From assembly GCA_003568945.1 (NCBI GenBank), contig BDIP01000067.1, positions 1 through 34,246 of the forward strand: a stretch of DNA of 34,246 bases, read 5' to 3'. Made by a program: the position numbers and the translations under genes. Origin of the DNA: Kipferlia bialata. Taxonomy: Eukaryota. Positions 11,743-23,203 of the stretch are shown one piece after another. Numbering within the stretch: position 1 is the stretch's first letter; every line of letters starts with the position of its first letter. Below the pieces are notes generated by a model, which saw nothing but the letters and a program-made list of their open reading frames with translations, searched no databases and was not told the DNA's origin.

Positions 11743-13939
11743 GAGAGATGCCCATGGCCCTCAGGAACCTAAGGATTAGACCATACGGAATATATATGAA
11801 TTAGAATAAGAATGAGGGGTAGGAAGAGAAATCTATAAGTGTGACACTTCTGATGCCCATGGCTCTCAGGAACCTAAGAGTGAGGAGGTAGGGAGAGAGA
11901 GAGAGAGAGGGAGATAGAGAGAGAAAGAGTGTATAATACAGAATATATACTCACCCACTGTCCCATGCGTGACTGAATGGTCCGTGGCCCAGGTCATGGC
12001 ACAGGGCAGCAAGGGTGACTAGAGTAAGGTTAATACTAACAAAAATACTTGGGTATATATAGACAGAGATGGGGGGGGGGGTACTAGGTCATGGCAGAGA
12101 GCAGCAAGGGCGACTGTTATTAGTATCACATATATAATACATGAACACACACACACATATATATATACATGTTAGTGTATATATATAGTTCAGGTCACAG
12201 GGCAGCAAGGGTGACTGTAATTAGAGAGTAGATGTATATTCATATACATATATTCATATACATATATACATATACAGAGAGAGAGAGAGAAGGATATATG
12301 GGTAGAGGTAGAGGGCAGCAAGGGTGACTGGGGTGAGAATAATACTACTTAGGGGTTCCCAGAGTGTACGAAAGTATTTTCATATACCTATCTTCCTCTC
12401 TCTGTGTGTGAGCCTCAGGCCTGGCTGGGATGCACTGACCTTGGACAGGAGCTGGCCTAGAGTAAAATATATATACATACATGTCTATATTAACCTAGTT
12501 CTATATGTTCTCATACCTGCCAGGTGCATGGTGCCCAGACTGTGTCACATATATAGTACAATCTATAAACAATATGATATATACATATATATACAGCATA
12601 TCTACACAATACCTGCCAGGTGCATGGTGCCCAGACTGTGTCAAATATGTCATAATATACACTAAATACACACAACACTGACTTCCAACATATGATATTC
12701 ATATATAAAGATAATATATATATATATTATTACACTATATTTTATTAAACTATATTATATATCTGTACAGTACCTGCCAGGTGCATGGTGCCCAGACTGT
12801 GCTCAAACCTGGCAATTAGAGGGTGAACACATGGAGAGAGCTGTATACTAAGCAATGTACAAAAGTGCATGGTGTGGTCATTAAGAATTTGTGTGTAGTG
12901 TCTTAATACCTATCCACCATACCTAGTGTGTGTGGCCCCTGGGTACACGTAGTGAGCAGTCCCCAGCTGTCTAAGACCCCTGGAGTAAATAGTAGTATTA
13001 TACACAGACATATATACATATATAGATATATATGTATTCATGTATATATAGAGAGACAGTACCAAGCTGCCTCAGTCTCAGACCCTTGGAGTAAATAATT
13101 ATTGTTGTATACATACATACAGTAAGTATATATATGGTCAATATACACAATACTGAACCATATACCTCAGCCTCTGCACTGCCTGTGTGTTGAGCACATC
13201 CACTGCATAGCCTGGGACCTCGATGACCTAGAGTAAAAGGGGTATATATATTACCTAATATATATATATATATATATATACTATATACACTAAACATAGG
13301 TATAGACATCCACTGCATAGCCTGGGACCGATCAATGACCTGGCAGTGAGGGAGGGAAATGATTGACACCAAATATAATACATATTATAGATACCTTGTG
13401 GATGGGGTCTGTGATGGACACATCGAAGTACACCTTATATGTATATATATATATGTGTATATATATATATTCATTTATTCATTCTATACTGATTCTGATA
13501 TCATTGTGGTATCCATACATACTACTATAGCTAATATATATACCTTGTGGATGGGGTCTGTGATGGACACGTCGAAGTTGTACGCACAGTGGTACCTGGG
13601 GTAAGGGTCATGTTGAGAGAGAGAGAGGGAGAGAAATAGAGAGACAACATATATAGAAACATAGGAGAACGGGGGGGGGGGTAAACACTAGATATACGTC
13701 AGATAGGGAGTACGAGAGTATGATGGTGGGAGCCATAGTACCGAGGGATGAGATAGAGAGAATGGGGGACGAATGGGAGCGGGGGGGGGGGGAGGGCACA
13801 TATGAATCCTTAAGCAGAATAATACCGGTATATGGTATATTGACTGAGGCACCCTAAAGATAGAGACAGTGATAGAGAGAGAGAGAGATCTACACCTGCT
13901 CGACAGGCTGTCTCCTGCTATATCGGCCTCTCCTGGCAT
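4948..13939 (-). CDS. SAMHD1: SAMHD1-like HD-domain dNTP triphosphohydrolase (no SAM domain; low-complexity C-terminal tail), about 25 exons
   Basis: Spliced translation starts [15 protein letters not shown] (13939-13896), then [17 protein letters not shown] (13595-13544), [51 protein letters not shown] (12808-12774), [15 protein letters not shown] (12018-11955), [32 protein letters not shown] (10628-10546 onward), [20 protein letters not shown] and [13 protein letters not shown]. These match the SAMHD1 signatures [39 protein letters not shown] and VYQHK. The exact 3' end is less certain. Confidence 0.93.
6722..6852. other. Assembly gap (131 N)
   Basis: Run of N inside an echo array in an intron of the SAMHD1-like gene. 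Confidence 0.99.
10584..11070 (-). repeat. Acceptor-echo array of the [15 protein letters not shown] exon x5
   Basis: Plus-strand ctgactgttggacacaatgtc occurs at 10584 (live exon), 10723, 10854, 10967 and 11049 (internally deleted). Confidence 0.97.
12515..12808 (-). repeat. Donor-echo array of the [11 protein letters not shown] exon x3
   Basis: acctgccaggtgcatggtgcccagactgtg occurs at about 12515, 12611 and 12772 (live). Confidence 0.95.
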
Positions 13940-14296
13940 CTCTGATCAAGCTCAGTCAAGGCTAGTCAAGCACAGTTAATATAGAACGATGTAGGTGGCC
14001 AGTATACTCGCAGGGGTAGGTGCAACTGCGATACAGAGAGAATGCGGATTGAATATGGCGGCAGATACGTTCAGCGTTTCGTTGGATTGTTTTTGAGTTA
14101 TTAGATAGGGGTTGACCTCGAGGTCATCAGCTGTCGTGACATCGTCTCTCTCTCTCGTGACATGCTCTTGTCATAGAAAGGACAGTATACCTCCATCATA
14201 TGTCACGTCCCCATATGTCACACATCAGCTGACCATTCATGACCGTGTTCGTCTCTCCACCTATAGGGGAAGAGAGGGTGTGAGTGTATACTACCC
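13940..14296. promoter_or_regulatory. Putative compact bidirectional promoter region
   Basis: 357 nt between head-to-head ATGs (13939 minus, 14297 plus), with little microsatellite sequence compared with the flanking introns. Positional inference only. Confidence 0.5.
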
Positions 14297-15042
14297 ATGC
14301 CATCCCAGGCCGATATAGCCATTGAGGCAGAGAGAGAGGGAGAGACCCAGGCTGATATAGCCATTGAGGCAGAGAGAGAGGGTGAGAGAGAGGTTGTCCT
14401 CAACGCATGTGGGTCAGAGACAGGGAGTGTGTGTGCCTCTGAGGTGCCGGAGATCCCAGCCTCTCCACTGCATGAGAGTGTAGCAGTTGCGGAGTCAGAG
14501 AGAGAGGGAGAGAGAGAGTCTCTGTCTATGGAGGATGGGATTGAGACTGAGGTGGTTGACCTTGTTGACACTGAGACAGAGGGAGAGGGAGAGACAGAGG
14601 TGGCTGATCTCGTGGTACCTGACAATGAGGCAGATACAGAGGTCAATGAGCACGACCTGCCAGTGAACACAGGTATTCTATCTCCCTCTGTCTCTCTCTG
14701 ACCCTCCCCCCCCCTTCCATTGTGCCACTGGTCTCCCCATTCTATCCCAAGTACTCTCTCTTCCCCTATAGATCTATCTTCCTCTCGCGTACTGCTTGAT
14801 ACATACGTGGCCTACATCTCATATGTGTGATAATATATATGCTTATGCCAGAACCAGAGGCAGGTGTGCATGAGACAACCGGGGCAGAGAGGGAGGGAGA
14901 GGGAGAGGGAGATGAAGAGACAGAGAGAGAGGGAGAGGGAGAGAGAGATCATGCAGAGAGGGAGGGAGAGGGAGAGATAGAGAGAGAGGTGGAGGCAGAG
15001 GCAGAGGAGGATACCGTCCCTGAAGCTGACTGCACAGGTACT

Positions 15043-15081
<39 letters not shown>

Positions 15082-15842
15082 CCCCCATATTTACAATTTC
15101 ACATTTTTTCCCTCCTTCCCCTACTTTGCCTCTAGTCCTGTCATGGTCTCGCTCCAACTCTCTCTCTCTCTCTCTCCATCTCATCTCAGCACGTGCCCTA
15201 TCTGTCGAACCCCCCCCCCTCTCCCTCCCTCTCTCTCTCTCTCTCTCTCTGTCTGTCTCTCATCACAGCCCGTGCCCTATCTGTCGACCCAGTCACCTCC
15301 ACTGCTGAGACTCAGCCAGAGGTATACATGCATACATACGCATATAAATATATCTATATATATCTATGTACGGGTGTATATACAGATTTTTCCTCCCCCC
15401 CCCTCCCCCTCTCCCTCTATCTCTCGTTCTAACCTACAGGGAGTCCCAATGCCCTCTAGCCATGTAGTGACTGAGGTTGCATCCCCAACTGAGAGTGTCA
15501 AGGTATCTAGTATAGCTCTACATCTCTCTATACTCTCATATTTATTGTGTAGATCAAGTCTTAACCCAAGTCTGTGTACGAGAGTGAGTGGGAGGGCTGA
15601 GTATGTTCCCTCCTATATGTGCGTTTATATCGATTTGTATATTTCTAATCCTCAGTCTGTGTACGAGAGTGAGTGGGAGGGCTGGGACACAGAGAGACTG
15701 GCACTGGCAGCAGCGGAGAAGGAGGTAGACATGTATATTTTTATACATAGATATACATATATATATGTATAGAGAGAGAGAGAGAGAGAGACTGGCACTG
15801 GCAGCACCGGAGAAGGAGGTAGATCTATATATAGAGAGAGAG

Positions 15843-15878
<36 letters not shown>

Positions 15879-17026
15879 GGAGACTGGCACCGGCAGCAGC
15901 AGAGAAGGAGGTATATATATACACACACACACACACAATTAGTAAATATATATATATATCTCTCTCTCTTGTTCTCTTCCTATGCACACTTCTTATCCCA
16001 AGGTTGCTACTGCACTGGAGAGAGAGACTCTCCTCATTGCCAAGGTAAGAGGTGTCTGTATACAGTATGTATCGTCTGAAAAGATATGTAATTTACTCTG
16101 TTGTAGTACACTCTCACGTTAGGTTGAGTCCCTGGAGTCTCTCTGCCAGCAGGTAGAGGTGGAGAGAGAGACTGAGAGAGCTCAGTGGGAGACAGAGAAG
16201 GGAGAGTTGGAGAGGGAGAGAGAGACTCTGACAGAGAAGATCAAGTGGGAGGGAATAGGTATAGCGCACACTCCTATATATATATATGTATATGCTTCAT
16301 ATATAGTCTTCTCTCCCTTCTCACTCCAATGGGTGACAGTACCCGCTCATATTTGGAGTATTTATATATATACTAGTAGGTATCTCTCACCCCCAGCCCA
16401 CCAGGCCATTGAGAGTACTATCTCTCTCTCCCTATTATGTTCAAGTATAAATACATATTGAAATGTATCTCACCCTCAGCCCACCAGGCCATTGAGAGAC
16501 AGTACGACTCCACATATTCTGCACTCACCGAGGTCAGGGAGCAGGTAAGCTATACATACTGTATATACACAAAACACTAAACAGGTGGTATTGTATGTAT
16601 ATCTGTATATCAATCGATGTATATATATGGGAGGCAGAGAGGGCAGCAACTGTCAAATATTTCTATACATATATACAATATGTGAAATTGCTGCATCTTA
16701 CCTTAGCTCGAGACCGAGAGGGCTGCTTGGGAGGCCGAGAGAGCATCAGCAGCTGAGAGGGAGGCTGAGAGGGTGAGGGAGAGAGAGAGGGAGAGAGAGG
16801 CCGAGCACATGGAGGTGGCAGACCTACTCGCCATCAAGGAGCAGGTATATAGTTTATGTATACATATATGTACACAATATATACACTGTATATAAATATG
16901 ACTATTGTATATACAAATGTACTACTTATACTATATTGGATATGGAGGTGGCTGACCTACTCGCCATCAAGGAGCAGGTACACTACTCACTTATATACAT
17001 ATATACATATATACATATATACATAT

Positions 17027-17065
<39 letters not shown>

Positions 17066-17167
17066 TACACATATATAGTATATAGTATCACATGGAGGTG
17101 GCTGACCTACTGACCATCAAGGAGCAGGTACATTCCACACACGTACATATACATGATACGTATGTAA

Positions 17168-17200
<33 letters not shown>

Positions 17201-18119
17201 AATACATATGTAGGATGTTTCGTGTAAGTTGGAGGTGGCCATCAATGAGCAGGTATAGTGTTTGTATATATACTATATATACAAAATATATACACTATAT
17301 ATTAGTATATGACTAGTGTATGTACAAATGTACTGATTATACTATATTGGATATGGATGTGGCTGACATACTAACCACCAAGGAGTAGGTACACTTCACA
17401 ATAGTATATGTCTATGCTCATATTCAACTAATAGTAGGTCCTATATGTATACACTTGTATTTCTCTTAATGTCAGGTCCAGGCCACCCTATACCAGGCCG
17501 AGTCCGACAGGGCAGTCTCTCTCTCTCTCTATATATATATACGTATATATACAGACATATACAGACATATAGATACAGACACTAATTGTTAGGTACAGGC
17601 CACCCTTGATCAGGCTGAGTCAGAAGGGGCAGGGTATCTAGATCTATCTCTCCCTCGCTCTCTCTCTCTCTATCTATATAGATATAGACATAGTATGTAC
17701 TAATAGCAGGTCCAGGCCACCCTAGACGAGGCCGAGTCTGTCTCTTCCTATCTCTCTCTCTCTATATATATAAGTTCTATTGTCTGTGGTTTGCCTTACA
17801 ATAGGTCCAGGCCACCCTCTCCCGGGCTAACTTTGACACGGCAGTCTCTCTCTCTCTCTCTCTCCCTATGTCTCTACATACATTTATATATATCTAACTA
17901 CATACACTAATACTAGGTCCAGGCCACCCTCGACCAGGCTGAGTCCGACAGGGCAGAGTCTCTCTCTCTCTCTCTCTCCCCCTATATATAGGAGTTCTAT
18001 TGTATATAGTATGCCTTATCATAGGTCCAGGCCACCCTTGATCAGGCCGAGTCCGACAGGGCAGAGTGGGCACAGACAGAGGCAGCACTGAGATGTCAGG
18101 TATGTATATGTATATATAG

Positions 18120-18167
<48 letters not shown>

Positions 18168-21100
18168 TGAGAGGGAGAGAGAGAGTCCGACAGGGTAGAG
18201 TGGGCACAGACAGAGGCAGCACTGAGATGCCAGGTATATATAGTGTATATATATATGTATATATATAGAGAGAGAGAGAGAGATTGACAGGGCAGAGTGG
18301 GCACATCCTACATAATTTATCATATATTTCTTTCATTTCCAGCACGATTGTGTGTTCCATCTTGGTTACAAAGAGTGTACTTACACCTAACGTCAGGTTG
18401 TGGAGCTTGTGAGGAAGAGAATGATACATCAGGTGTATGTTTCATTATAATATATACAATCTCTTATTGTCAGGTTGTGGAGCTTGTGAGGAAGAGGGCC
18501 CAGGAGAGAGAGAGAGAGGAGAAGAGGAGGGGGAGAGAGAGAGAGGAGTGGGACATCCAGACTGCCATACTGCAGACACAGGTATGTATATAGTGTGCCG
18601 TGTATATATATACAAATACATATACATACGGTATAAGAGATGCACTTGTCTGTATCTTGCTACAATAGTATATGATGTCTTCTGACCTCAGGTGACAGGA
18701 CTCCAGGGAGAGAGAGAGGGCAGGGAGGGAGAGAGAGCAGCCCTGACCCAGAGTGTGCAGGAGGGTACGACACTGACTAATATGTGTTTGTAACCACTCA
18801 TACTCATATCAATGTATATTGCCTTCATCATATTTATCATACACCTCTACTTTCATTCCAGGCCACGTAGAGAGGACCAGAATATATAAGATTATAATAT
18901 CATGTATGTATTACAGTATGTGCCTATTGTAAATTTATATGTGTAATCTGATACCAGGCCTGGTAGAGAGGGCCAGCCTTGTGGCTGAGATGGAGCAGGA
19001 GAGTGAGGCCCATGCTCTTGCACTAAAGGGTGCAGAGGGAGAGAGAGAGGCTCTCAACTCCGTCCTAGTAGAGGAGAGAGAGAGGTGGGAGAGAGAGGAG
19101 AGAGAGAGAGTGGAGCAGATTGCAAGACTCAAGAGAGTGCTAGAGGTGGAGAGAGAGGAGAGAGGGGGTGAGAGAGAGAGACTGGAGAAGGCACTGAGGA
19201 CAGAGAGACTCTCAAGGGAGGTGGAGAGAGTAGAGACGGAGGCGGAGAGAGAGAGGGAGAGGCTGGGTTACCAGCAGGAGAGAGAGGCTCTCTTCTTGGA
19301 GATGGAGAGAGAGACAACCCAGTGGGAGAGGGAGAGAGAGGAGACTGCTGCCAAGGCCAGAGAGGCAGAGAAGGTAAGGAATTTTAGTGGATGTATAACC
19401 ATATATTAGTCACATACATTTACACGTGCATTACACATACATTGGTCACAGAATGGAGGCAGTACAAGTGTACAGTTTGATATGAGGTATATATACCATA
19501 TGGTGAGGCTATCTATTCTTGCGAGTTATACATTATCCTCCTAATGTCCAGATGCACTCTCAGCAGGTCCAGACCCTGGAGACAGAGCTGAAGGAGGTAG
19601 GGCTAATTGTATATGAACAATGTTGTAGTAATACACTATTATCTAAGGACTCATCCTAGGCCAAGGAGGCCCTTACTACCCTAGAGACCCAGATGCTCTC
19701 TTTCAGTAATTATATATATAGTATTACAATATCTTATGTCTCACGTTAGATCAAGGATGCCCTTACTGCTCTAGAGACACAGAGGGAGAGAGAGAGACAG
19801 GAGGCGAGGGAGAAGGCAGAGCAGAGAGAGAGGGCTGAGGAGGAGAGACTGGAGAACCTGAGGTATCTTATTTAGAATACATAGAGTATATAGTGTTTGG
19901 TGTCTATGTACAGGCTGTTATGTATATATATCCAGTACAAACTAGTATAGTATTGCATGCTATGTAAATGTGTTGGGTTATAACCGTACCTATAGGTCCA
20001 GACTCTCTTCCTGGAGACAGAGTCCACAGTGCTTATATAAATATTTTCATATCCATTTATATATGTAATTCATATACAATAAGATATATCTTAGAGTAAC
20101 TCCAGGTCCAGACTCTCTTCCTGGAGGCAGAGCCCACAGGAGGAGAGAGCCACCCTGGCATGTCTGAAGGAGGTATTCTTTTATGTATTGGTGCTCATAT
20201 ACACACATATGTATGTATTAGGTGTCTTACGAAGATGTGTGGATATTGAGACACGTTTCTGTTTGGAGATCATACTACTATTACAAGATGAAATAGTATT
20301 AGTACTCCAACTGACACCAGGAGATTGACGCAGAGGCACTGGATGATGTATTCATGTGTATGTATCTTGTCATATAGTATACATCATATAGTATATAGTA
20401 TACAGCTGCACAACTCTCTCTTATAGTAGGAGATTGATGCAGATATCGTGGATGACATCGCACCCTCTGCAGCGTCTCTCAGAGAGGAGTGTATCCTACT
20501 ATGATATGTTACTATAAGTCTATATATTATCTCACACCAGGAGATTGATGCAGAGGCAGTGAGTGATATTGAGCCTCCCACTGCAGCCTCTCTCAGAGAG
20601 GACCTCTTCTTCTCAGCATTCGAGGTATGCTCTATACTTCTCTCTCTCTGTCTTTTCTCATGTTCAGCTGTTCTTCTCAGCATTCGAGGTATGCTCTCTC
20701 TACTTCTCTCCCTCTCCTTCTCTCCTAAACTTCACTCAGAGAGGAGCCGTTCTTCTCAGCATTCGAGGTATACTCTCTCCTTCTCTCTCTGTTTTGCTCC
20801 TTATCTTCCGCGATGCATGGGAATTCGTCGCGAGCGATTAATACATTTCTCTATACTACTCTTCTCTACACTTCAAATCCATTTGCATGTGCTATCGCTA
20901 ACCTGCCTCTCGATATCTCTCTCTTCTCACACCCCTACAGTTTGTGATTGACCCTCAGGAGGAGACTGGACCCCTGCAGGCACAGCTGGCCAGTGTGGTG
21001 AGTTACAGTATGCATATATGTAATATTGTTTGCAGTATATGTATACATATACTACTGAGACATCAGCCTCACCTTCAGGAACTCGTTGGTTACTTATACT

Positions 21101-22714
21101 CTCCCTTAATTGTCTCTATCTATATATATATTTATGCTTATATTCTGCCTCATCTCCAGGTTGCTTGTGTTATACATTGAATAGTGTTTGTTTACATAAG
21201 TGTGTTATATCCTATATGTCACACTCACCTCCAGGTTGCTGAGTGCACCAGGGTCACTGAGTCCCTGGCATCTCTCAACACACAGTCACAGGTATAGTAT
21301 AGGATATATATATATATAGTATATAGTATAGGTATATATATATACTACTTATTATAGATGCATGTATACTCACAGTCACAGGTTGGTAGAGTTAGTGTCA
21401 ATGTGTATTTTATATACATATGTATGTATAAATACTCAACACACAGTCATATGTGGAGTATATACTTGTATTACTATACATACACTATATTACTACACAT
21501 AGTAATTTACTTAGCAATTACTGGGTGTATATTGTATATGTTAGGAGTTACCTCCTCTGACCCCAGGATGAGAAGACTGATATGTATGTGTGTATTTGTG
21601 GTATAATGGGCACTCACTAGGCTGAGAAGGAAGAGTGGAAGAGAGTTCACTATATGTGTATAAGTATACATATGTATACTGATATCCCAGGCTGAGAAGG
21701 AGGAGTGGGAGAGAGAAAGGGCAGTGCGTGAGAAGCGGCTAGCACAGCTAGAGGCAGAGAGGGAGAGGGAGAAGAGAGAGAGAGAGGCCAAGGAAGAGAA
21801 GAAGGCTCAAAGACCCACTCCAACAGACTATGCCAGGGTGGGTTGATATATATATAGTATATGTAGTATATATATATATATACTCATATACAAAGAGAGA
21901 GAGAGAGAGACCCACTGCCACAGACTATGCCAGGGTGGGTTGATATATATATAATATATGTAGTATCTATATTAATATATATACATACATAGAGATAGAG
22001 AGAGCCACTCACACAGACTATGCCAGGTTGGGTATATAGTGATATACACATGTATATGTATATATATTAATAGCAATATCTAGTCACTCATGTATACCCA
22101 CCTGACCCCCAGGCCGAGCAGGACAGGCATATGCATATATCTATACCTATATATATATATAGCCTTCTTGTATAATACCTATATATATATATACATATAC
22201 CTCAATATACATCTGACCCCCAGGCCGAGCAGGACAGACAGTCACGGGCCAGGGAGGAGTGGGCTCAGAAGGTGTGTAGTAGTACAAATATACATTAGTT
22301 TGTATATTAATACTTATGTATATTCATTCTAACTTTGAGGCCGCTGCTCTGAAGACAGTCAGGGATGATGTGAGTTGTGGTATATATTGTGTATTAATGT
22401 ATATTTATATAAATATTCGCTTATTCCAGGCCGCTGCCCTTAAGACAGCCATGGGGTATAATACTGTATATATGTATATAATACTGTATATACTATATAC
22501 TATATACTTATTCCCTAACCTCCAGGCCGCTGCCCTTAAGACAGCCCGGGAGGAGAGAGAGAGACTGGCAAGGGAGGAGGCAGAGCGTGTGGAGAGGGAG
22601 AGAGAGAGGAGAGACGCTGCTGAGAGAGAGAGACTGGAGAGAGAGAGCATCCCAACTAGTGGGAGTGGTGGAAGGGTGAAGGATCTCATTAGGAACTTCT
22701 CTCAGAGTGAGTAG
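14297..22714 (+). CDS. Large multi-exon Glu/Arg-rich (ERE) coiled-coil hypothetical protein
   Basis: An acidic N-terminal exon (MPSQADIAIEAEREGET...) is followed by many GT-AG exons with heptad-like E/R-rich translation, e.g. 16707-16844, 18025-18099 and about 18958-19372 (LVERASLVAEMEQESEAHALALKGAEGEREALNSVL...). The last exon ends GRVKDLIRNFSQSE-TAG at 22714. The start codon and some internal exon choices are uncertain. Confidence 0.8.
16809..17390 (+). repeat. Donor-echo array (ATGGAGGTGGC.GACCTACT..CCATCAAGGAGCAG|GTA) x5
   Basis: The live copy ends at 16844, with echoes at 16942, 17092, about 17230 (deleted form) and about 17352 (most diverged). Confidence 0.95.
17474..18099 (+). repeat. 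Acceptor-echo array (AG|GT.CAGGCCACCCT) x6
   Basis: Copies start at 17476, 17593, 17710, 17805, 17917 and 18025 (live exon 18025-18099). The period is about 95-117 nt. Confidence 0.97.
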
Positions 22715-22964
22715 AGAGGGAAAGAGAGAGAGAGAGAGAACTTATCAGGAACACTGTTGTTATTCGGTCTGGCACAATGAATGGAGAAATAGATTTTGTA
22801 GTACTTACGGATACTTACTGGTGCCAATGAGACAGTTTGTATCTATCATAGTTAGGTAGCTCAGCTATGCTCTAGGGAAGACCTCTGGAGAGACGGGCAC
22901 ACAGTCTAAACGAACTCCGATTTTCCGACTCACTTCGCAGTATTAATTAATAGACAAATCTGAA

Positions 22965-23170
22965 ATGGAAGAACAAATCTTTCTTCATATCCGTCCTTGT
23001 ATCTCCTCCGGAAGCTACACTGACCAATACGCCACCCCATGTCCCCCATATGCCCATGTGTGTGTACCTTGTACAGACACAATGGGGCAGGCAGTCTCCC
23101 TGACGATACGGCTGGCAAGGTACACACATAAGACATGTATCACCCCCCCCCCCCCCCCCTCCCTCTCCCC

Positions 23171-23203
<33 letters not shown>

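Noticed and set aside
279..22530. Introner or MITE transposons as the source of the intronic repeats
   Set aside because: Repeats are specific to each adjacent exon and not shared between introns. No terminal inverted repeats or target-site duplications were seen.
40..22689. Numerous ORF-track entries rich in YIYI, SLSL or ERER
   Set aside because: These are translations of intronic (TA)n/(CT)n/(GA)n or antisense frames, and the spliced models explain the coding signal.
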